Position numbers and translations under genes: made by a program. DNA of 44,984 nucleotides from an uncultured bacterium (lineage in GTDB: Bacteria; Acidobacteriota; Polarisedimenticolia; CBDVAL01), in contig CBDVAL010000002.1 of assembly GCA_965371955.1 (NCBI GenBank), positions 1-44,984 on the forward strand. Direction: 5' to 3'. Positions 40,102 through 44,984 of the stretch are shown here, piece by piece. Positions within the stretch are counted from its first letter, which is position 1; each line of letters opens with the position of its first letter. The notes beneath the pieces were generated by a model. It did not search any database. It worked only from the letters and a program-made list of their open reading frames with translations, and had not been told where the DNA came from.

Positions 40102-40200
40102 GGGGTCGGAGCCAAACCTTATACCTCGTCCTGCATGGCTTCCTGGCCGAGCCGTCGTGTGGCAGCCGAATATCGAGGTATAAGGTTTGGCTCCGACCCC
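40102..40200. repeat. 99-bp element bounded by a perfect 27-bp inverted repeat (45-nt spacer); either a MITE/REP-like element or an unusually long hairpin
   Basis: ggggtcggagccaaaccttatacctcg (40102-40128) is the exact reverse complement of cgaggtataaggtttggctccgacccc (40174-40200). It lies between the thioredoxin stop (40085) and the likely sulfotransferase start (40243). Confidence 0.8.
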
Positions 40201-40242
40201 GCTTTACCGCTGGGCTGGGTTCGGCTACCATCGGCGGACCTC

Positions 40243-41094
40243 ATGGGAACCAACCGTCATCGCGTTCAGCGAGCGGAGTTGCACCGGCGGGCATCTTCGC
40301 TGCGCACATACCTGGTCTGCTCCACTCATCGCACGGGCACCACCCTTCTGTGCCAGCTGCTCGCCGACACCGCCCTGTGCGGCTCTCCCGAGGAGTACTT
40401 CTCGCCCCGCTGGGCGCCCCGCTTCGCCGAGGAGCTCGCCACGGGGCAGATCGCCCGTGAAGACGGTGTGTCGGCTCCGGATGGGCCTCCGGATGGGTCC
40501 CTGTTCGAACAACTCGACCTGGGGAAGTACCTGCAGGGCCTGTTCGACGCCAAGGCCACGGCCAACGGCGTGTGGGGCAGCAAGCTGCACTGGCCGCATG
40601 TTCGCCGCCTGCACGACGCCTTCAAGCCGCGCCGCAAGCTGCTGCGCGGCGGCCGTTCCACTCACCGTCTCCTGGAGGAGATCTTCGCCGGGCCGCGCTA
40701 CCTCTGGATCCGGCGCCGGGACAAAGTGAAACAGGCCATCTCGTTCTGGAGATCGATGCAGACACGGATCTACAACACCGCCAGCGACAACGTGGTGGAA
40801 TCGGTGCAACCGGAGTTCAACTACACAAAGATCCACGACATCGTGCAGCGCTTCGAGAAGCACGACCGTGCATGGGGGCGGCTGTTCCAGGCTGGTGGCG
40901 TGCAGCCCCTGGTGGTGGAATTCGAGACCTTCGTGAAGTCCATGGAACGGACCGTGAAGGACGTGCTGGAGTTCCTGGAGATCGAGACAACCACCGATTT
41001 CGCCGCGCCCGTGCCGAGGCTGAAGAAGATCTCCAACCAGCTCAACGAGGACTGGTACCGCCGCTATCACGAGATGCGGGCTGCCGAGCAGTGA
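40243..41094 (+). CDS. Stf0-type sulfotransferase
   Basis: ORF 40135..41094 trimmed to ATG 40243, because the upstream part runs through the inverted repeat. The PAPS 5'-phosphosulfate-binding-like motif 'YLVCSTHRTGTTLLCQLL' sits near the N-terminus. Also 'RYLWIRRRDKVKQAISFWRS'. The 3' end overlaps the convergent gene by 53 nt. Confidence 0.8.
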   Translation: MGTNRHRVQRAELHRRASSLRTYLVCSTHRTGTTLLCQLLADTALCGSPEEYFSPRWAPRFAEELATGQIAREDGVSAPDGPPDGSLFEQLDLGKYLQGLFDAKATANGVWGSKLHWPHVRRLHDAFKPRRKLLRGGRSTHRLLEEIFAGPRYLWIRRRDKVKQAISFWRSMQTRIYNTASDNVVESVQPEFNYTKIHDIVQRFEKHDRAWGRLFQAGGVQPLVVEFETFVKSMERTVKDVLEFLEIETTTDFAAPVPRLKKISNQLNEDWYRRYHEMRAAEQ

Positions 41095-43603
41095 GCGCGA
41101 CGTTGGTGGGACCACCCGGCAGCTTGCTGATGCTTCCGTCCGGCCAGCGGATGACGATGGCGTCGTAGCGTTCGGCATCGCCCAGACCGAAGTGCAGGTC
41201 AGGGGGATCCTGCGAGCAGAAGCCGTGGCCGGCACGCACCTCGCGCAGCATCCTTTGCTCTCCGGCCTGCACCATCACGCGGGCACCCAGCGCGCGAGGA
41301 TTGCCCGCAGGGCCCTGCAGCGACAGGCGCAGCCAGCGCCCCCGGGCGCCATGGTTGGAGTACAGGCGATTCGGCGAGCCATCGCCGGGGTAGAACGCAC
41401 CGTTGGGAACGTAGACGTCCAGGTCACCGTCGCCATCGAAGTCAGGGAAGGTGATGCCGTGCGCCCGGCCGGGGTTGAAGACACCCCAGTCCGCTGCAAC
41501 TTCCTGGAAGCGCATGCCGCCCAGGTTGCGGAAGATCAGGTCGGGCTCGAACCGGCCGGGCTCCGGTCCCCCCATGGAAACGTAGAGATCCTGAAATCCG
41601 TCGTTGTCCAGGTCGCCCACCGCCCCGCCCATGGACCCTCCCACATGGTCTATCCCTGCGGCCTCGCCCACGTCGGTGAAGTGCAGAATGCCGTCCGCGT
41701 CCACGCCATCGTTACGGTAGAGGCGGTGGGCCCCCCCAGGGGAACCGTCCCAGCTGATGAACGCCTTGCCGTTCCAGAAGTTGAACGCTCCGACGAACAG
41801 GTCCAGGTCGCCGTCGTTGTCCAGATCGGCCAGCAGTGGCGCAAAGTCGTTGCCATTGCCCTCCACGCCCGCCTGCCGGGCAATCTCGGTGAAGCGCGGG
41901 ATGCCGTCCTCGCCGGCGCCGTCGTTACGATACAGGACGCTGCCCGGATCGGTCCCCTTGATCCGCCTGTGATGCTTGTTGGCGACGAACACGTCGATAT
42001 CCCCATCGTCGTCCACATCGCCGACGGCAACCCCCTGTCCCCCTCCCGGATGAGCCACGCCGGCAGCCTCACTGACGTCGCGGAACATCGCCATCCCGTC
42101 GTTCAACAGCAGACGATTCGCATCGTTGTGGTTCGCAATGTAGATGTCCAGGTCACCATCGCCATCGAAGTCGGCCAGCGCACCGCCGAAGCCCTGCCGG
42201 GGATCGTCGGCGCCATGCTCGGGCCCTGCACGCCGGAAGCGCGGCCGGGCACCACCGCTATCACCCTGATTGAGCAGCAAGACGTTGCCGTCCCGGCCGT
42301 CGCGCCGGCTCTGATAGCCGCCGCGAATGCTGTAGAGGTCCATGCGGCCGTCGCCATTCAGATCGCCCACCAGGTTGGTATAGCCTGAATCGTAGTCTCC
42401 TACCCCGAGGCTGTCCGTGGCCTCGCGAAACACCACGCGCGCCCGGGCGTCGCGGACGCGAAGGAACGCCACATTGGCGAACTCCTGGCCGCCCACCACC
42501 AGATCCAGCCGCCCATCACCGTCCAGATCCTCCCATGTGGAACCGCGACCCTTGCCGCTATCGGCCAGGCCCAGCTGCGGCGCCACATCGCGCAGAAAGG
42601 CGTCGGCGGGCTGCGGTGACGGCCGCCGGTACAGGACGGACAGATCCGGCAGCGCTTCCAGCGGCGCATCGCCGGTTCCCTGCCGCGCCCGGTTGATCTC
42701 GGCAAGGCCGCGCTCCATCCGGCCCTGCATGTAGAGGGACTTGCCCAGGGTATAGCGCGCCACGGGGCGTTCCGGGTCCCCGGCCAGCGCCACCTCTGCC
42801 TCCCGGCTGGCCGGGCCATAACGTCCCGTCTCGAACAGCAGCCGCGCCAGCAGCTCCCTCGCCTCAGCCTCGGCTTCAGGATCCCGGACCGTCAACGGCA
42901 GATGCTGCAGGGCGTACAGATAATTCCGCAGCAAGCCTTCTGCCTCGGCGTAGCGGCGCATGCGCATGCGCATCTCCACCATGAGGATGACCACGCGTTC
43001 TTCCGGGTCGCCTGTGGGCAACGACGCCAGGACACCGATGGCCTCCGTCAGTCGACCGGCGCGATGCAAGACCTCGGCTCGTTGCAGCGCTTGAGGGCGA
43101 GACTGTGGCGCCAGCTTGTTGACCTCGGCGAGCACCGACGCGGAGCGCGCAAATTCGCCGCGCGCCTGGTACAGGTTGGCCAGGAAGACGCGGGCCGGAA
43201 CACAGGCGTCATCCCGGCGAACCGCCTCCTGCAGGGACCGCATCGCCTCGGCGGTATCGCCGGCGGCGTGCTGGGTGCGGGCCAGGGCTCCGCGGCTCAG
43301 GCAGCGATCGGGATCGCCGGCCACGGCCCGGTTCAGGGCCTCCAATGAACCGGGCAGATCGCCGCGACGGAACAGGATCAACCCCACGCCCTCGTGAGCC
43401 GCAGGGAGATCCGGTGCGAGCTTCAGAGCCGCACGAAATTTCGCCAGCGCCTGGCCCTCTTCTCCGGCTCCCAGCAACCGGCTGCCCTCGGATGCCAGCT
43501 CTCGGGCTTCCTCCCGGGCATCGTCCGGAGCAGCAACCGCCGTGCACGCCGCGAGGAGCAGCAGGATCGACAGGGTCAGGATGGAGTGCTTGCATCTCGA
43601 CAT
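41042..43603 (-). CDS. Lipoprotein fusing an N-terminal TPR region to a C-terminal CRTAC1-type FG-GAP/ASPIC (UnbV) region
   Basis: The 853-aa ORF has a lipobox-like 'LSILLLLAAC'. About 330 aa of TPR-like repeats come first. Then follow 'EDLDGDGRLDLVVGG', 'GDLNGDGRMDLY', 'ADFDGDGDLDIYIAN', 'GDVDDDGDIDVFVAN', 'ADLDNDGDLDLFVG', 'GDLDNDGFQDLYV' and 'PDFDGDGDLDVYVPN'. The ASPIC-like tail reads 'GARVMVQAGEQRMLREVRAGHGFCSQDPPDLHFGLG...VIRWPDG'. Confidence 0.9.
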   Translation of the reverse strand: MSRCKHSILTLSILLLLAACTAVAAPDDAREEARELASEGSRLLGAGEEGQALAKFRAALKLAPDLPAAHEGVGLILFRRGDLPGSLEALNRAVAGDPDRCLSRGALARTQHAAGDTAEAMRSLQEAVRRDDACVPARVFLANLYQARGEFARSASVLAEVNKLAPQSRPQALQRAEVLHRAGRLTEAIGVLASLPTGDPEERVVILMVEMRMRMRRYAEAEGLLRNYLYALQHLPLTVRDPEAEAEARELLARLLFETGRYGPASREAEVALAGDPERPVARYTLGKSLYMQGRMERGLAEINRARQGTGDAPLEALPDLSVLYRRPSPQPADAFLRDVAPQLGLADSGKGRGSTWEDLDGDGRLDLVVGGQEFANVAFLRVRDARARVVFREATDSLGVGDYDSGYTNLVGDLNGDGRMDLYSIRGGYQSRRDGRDGNVLLLNQGDSGGARPRFRRAGPEHGADDPRQGFGGALADFDGDGDLDIYIANHNDANRLLLNDGMAMFRDVSEAAGVAHPGGGQGVAVGDVDDDGDIDVFVANKHHRRIKGTDPGSVLYRNDGAGEDGIPRFTEIARQAGVEGNGNDFAPLLADLDNDGDLDLFVGAFNFWNGKAFISWDGSPGGAHRLYRNDGVDADGILHFTDVGEAAGIDHVGGSMGGAVGDLDNDGFQDLYVSMGGPEPGRFEPDLIFRNLGGMRFQEVAADWGVFNPGRAHGITFPDFDGDGDLDVYVPNGAFYPGDGSPNRLYSNHGARGRWLRLSLQGPAGNPRALGARVMVQAGEQRMLREVRAGHGFCSQDPPDLHFGLGDAERYDAIVIRWPDGSISKLPGGPTNVALTARQPASRDSGGTSPR

Positions 43604-43612
43604 GACGCAGCC

Positions 43613-43641
43613 AATCTACCGGTTCGGATCCACTTGTGCAA
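43613..43641 (-). promoter_or_regulatory. Putative promoter of the TPR-CRTAC1 fusion gene, with the -10 box 9 nt from the ATG
   Basis: Minus strand reads TTGCAC (43641..43636), a 17-nt spacer, TAGATT (43618..43613), 9 nt, then ATG (43603..43601). It shares 28 of 39 positions with the element upstream of gene 31962..33647. Confidence 0.45.
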
Positions 43642-43716
43642 CGGCCGGGCCTCCAGGCTTGCGAGGCCGGAACCGCTGCAGTACATTGAGGGCCACCCAC
43701 GGGAGGGCGCTGACGC

Positions 43717-44475
43717 ATGAATCGCAGGAAGCGTATCGCTATTCTCTGCTGGTCCTCGCTGCTGCTGGCGCTGCTGCCAACCGGGGTGCCCGCTCAGGAG
43801 CGCAAAGCCGCAAACCAGCCGGACACCCCGTTCTACATCTCCGAATTCTCCGGTAGCGGTGAGCGGTCGTGGCGGCCGGAGGGCAAGCTGGACGTCAAGA
43901 GCCTCAAGCGCCCCATGGTGACCCTCGAGGTCACGCGATTCCCCGACCAGGCGGAAGCCACGCCCGAGCAGCAACGCGCCGCTGACGAGCTGGTGCGGCG
44001 CACCCTGGAAGCGGCCAAGGAGCAGGGCTGGTTCGAGTTCGAGAAGGCCGGCAAGGACGGCTTCCAGCTCATGTTCGCCGACCCCATCCATTACGGCAAG
44101 ATGGACTACATCCTGGACGACCGCATCCTCGACCCGGAGAGGCCGGAGTTCCTGCTCTACTACGATACGGCGAAGGGCAAGAGGCTTGCCGCGGTCATGT
44201 ACCTGGTGAGCAGACCGGACGAACGGGGACTGCAGATCGGCGGCCCGCTGACCATCTGGCACTACCATGCCTGGCAGCGCTCCAAGTGTCTGCTCAACCG
44301 CATGGTGGTGGTCACCGAGCCCGGCGACGATGGGTCGTGCATGGTGGGCGAGCCCTCGTTCCGCAGCCCGGAGATGATCCACGTATGGTTCCTGGACCAT
44401 CCCTTCGGCCCGTTCTCCACCAAGATGAGCCTGTCCCCTGAGCTGCTCAAGCAACTCGAGGAGCGCGAGTTCTGA
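43717..44475 (+). CDS. Secreted hypothetical protein (unknown family)
   Basis: The 252-aa ORF has GGAGGG ~9 nt upstream and a signal peptide-like 'IAILCWSSLLLALLPTGVPAQE'. The composition is globular, with His-rich motifs ('IWHYHAWQ', 'IHVWFLDHPFGP'). A strong terminator hairpin follows. Confidence 0.7.
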   Translation: MNRRKRIAILCWSSLLLALLPTGVPAQERKAANQPDTPFYISEFSGSGERSWRPEGKLDVKSLKRPMVTLEVTRFPDQAEATPEQQRAADELVRRTLEAAKEQGWFEFEKAGKDGFQLMFADPIHYGKMDYILDDRILDPERPEFLLYYDTAKGKRLAAVMYLVSRPDERGLQIGGPLTIWHYHAWQRSKCLLNRMVVVTEPGDDGSCMVGEPSFRSPEMIHVWFLDHPFGPFSTKMSLSPELLKQLEEREF

Positions 44476-44491
44476 TACTTGACGAGTGGTT

Positions 44492-44528
44492 AGGGCGCGC
44501 CACGCAACCCGCGGCGCGCCCTTTCTTC
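44492..44528 (+). terminator. Rho-independent terminator of gene 43717..44475
   Basis: A 10-bp GC-rich stem pairs agggcgcgcc (44492-44501) with ggcgcgccct (44513-44522). The loop is 11 nt. A TTCTTC tail follows. Confidence 0.7.
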
Positions 44529-44984
44529 GGGAGGTGATGGCAGCAGGACCGACGCTGTCTATGCTGTAGAAGATGATGCGCCTGTCTGAATGGATGGTGA
44601 AGAGCAGCGAAACAGAGGGGAAAAATCTCCTGACGCCGCGCTGAGCCGGCTGCAGGAACACGACGATCCGAGCAGGAAAGCGTCAGGTTCGGCAGCTCAT
44701 CCCGGTGACATGACACGTGAAGCACGCCGGGTGTGCCAGCGGGTACGATCATGGCTCGACATGCAGGTCCTCCTCCCGACGGTGGAGGCCCGACACGGGC
44801 ATCCAGGCCACCCCCCGAGGGTCCTGTCCCGCCGGGCGACGGTCCTGGAGAAGGGAACCAGATGAGCCCTGACGATGTCCAACGGATACTGCCCTGTCGC
44901 GAACGGGACCCTGGAGGGCGGGCTGCGCCTCCGGCGCAGCGGGCCTGGAGAGGGGCGGCGGCGGTGAATCCGCGCCCCACGGTG

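Noticed and set aside
44447-44984. Minus-strand ORF 44447..44980 (177 aa, open to the right edge), + ORF 44590..44865, and a possible + strand gene start at ATG 44862 after GGAGAAGGGA
   Set aside because: The minus ORF is Gly/Pro/Arg-rich and runs through the terminator hairpin and the end of gene 43717..44475. The + candidates are short or truncated, with unconvincing composition. The ~390-bp region stays unassigned. A gene starting at 44862 cannot be excluded without the downstream sequence.

Overview
High-GC bacterial chromosomal segment. The domain repertoire includes MopE-type Cys-rich repeats, PilZ+DUF4388, sigma-54/two-component regulators, a futalosine-type radical SAM enzyme and many FG-GAP/ASPIC exported proteins. 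It resembles Myxococcota-like or related uncultured lineages, but that taxonomic call is inference only. I support 28 protein-coding genes and find no rRNA, tRNA, CRISPR array, transposase or integrase.

Layout:
(i) 1-6626, minus strand: a restriction-modification-like island. It runs AlbA_2/Schlafen-like ATPase-wHTH gene, then a ~1100-aa DPPY methyltransferase, then an SF2 helicase truncated by the window edge.
(ii) 6814-9657: an exported FG-GAP/propeller/PKD protein.
(iii) 9690-18528: housekeeping genes (carB, carA, MscS-family channel, mutM, PP2C phosphatase, MqnE/MqnC-type radical SAM).
(iv) 18589-25889: a signalling block (PilZ-PilZ-DUF4388, double zinc-ribbon protein, NtrC-type regulator plus kinase, OmpR-type regulator plus kinase).
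(v) 26205-43603: a block of exported repeat proteins. It holds a 1341-aa Kelch/MopE protein, two CRTAC1(ASPIC/UnbV)-TPR gene pairs arranged as a mirror-image duplication, and a third locus where TPR and CRTAC1 are fused. Interrupting it are a P-loop ORF, a BlaI/BlaR1(M56)-thioredoxin operon and an Stf0-type sulfotransferase.
(vi) 43717-44475: a secreted hypothetical protein with a clean intrinsic terminator.

Five gene pairs show ATGA start/stop overlaps (5259-5262, 21979-21982, 31962-31965, 35434-35437, 38173-38176).

The best candidate for something undescribed is the three-gene R-M-like island with its phased TTGCAA boxes and mosaic methyltransferase. Other points worth follow-up are a recurrent promoter layout with the -10 box 7-9 nt from the ATG (possible leaderless mRNAs), a promoter element shared by two CRTAC1 paralogues, a 27-bp perfect inverted repeat, and a BlaI operator pair. 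Most other long ORFs in the track are GC-driven antisense shadows of the genes listed.
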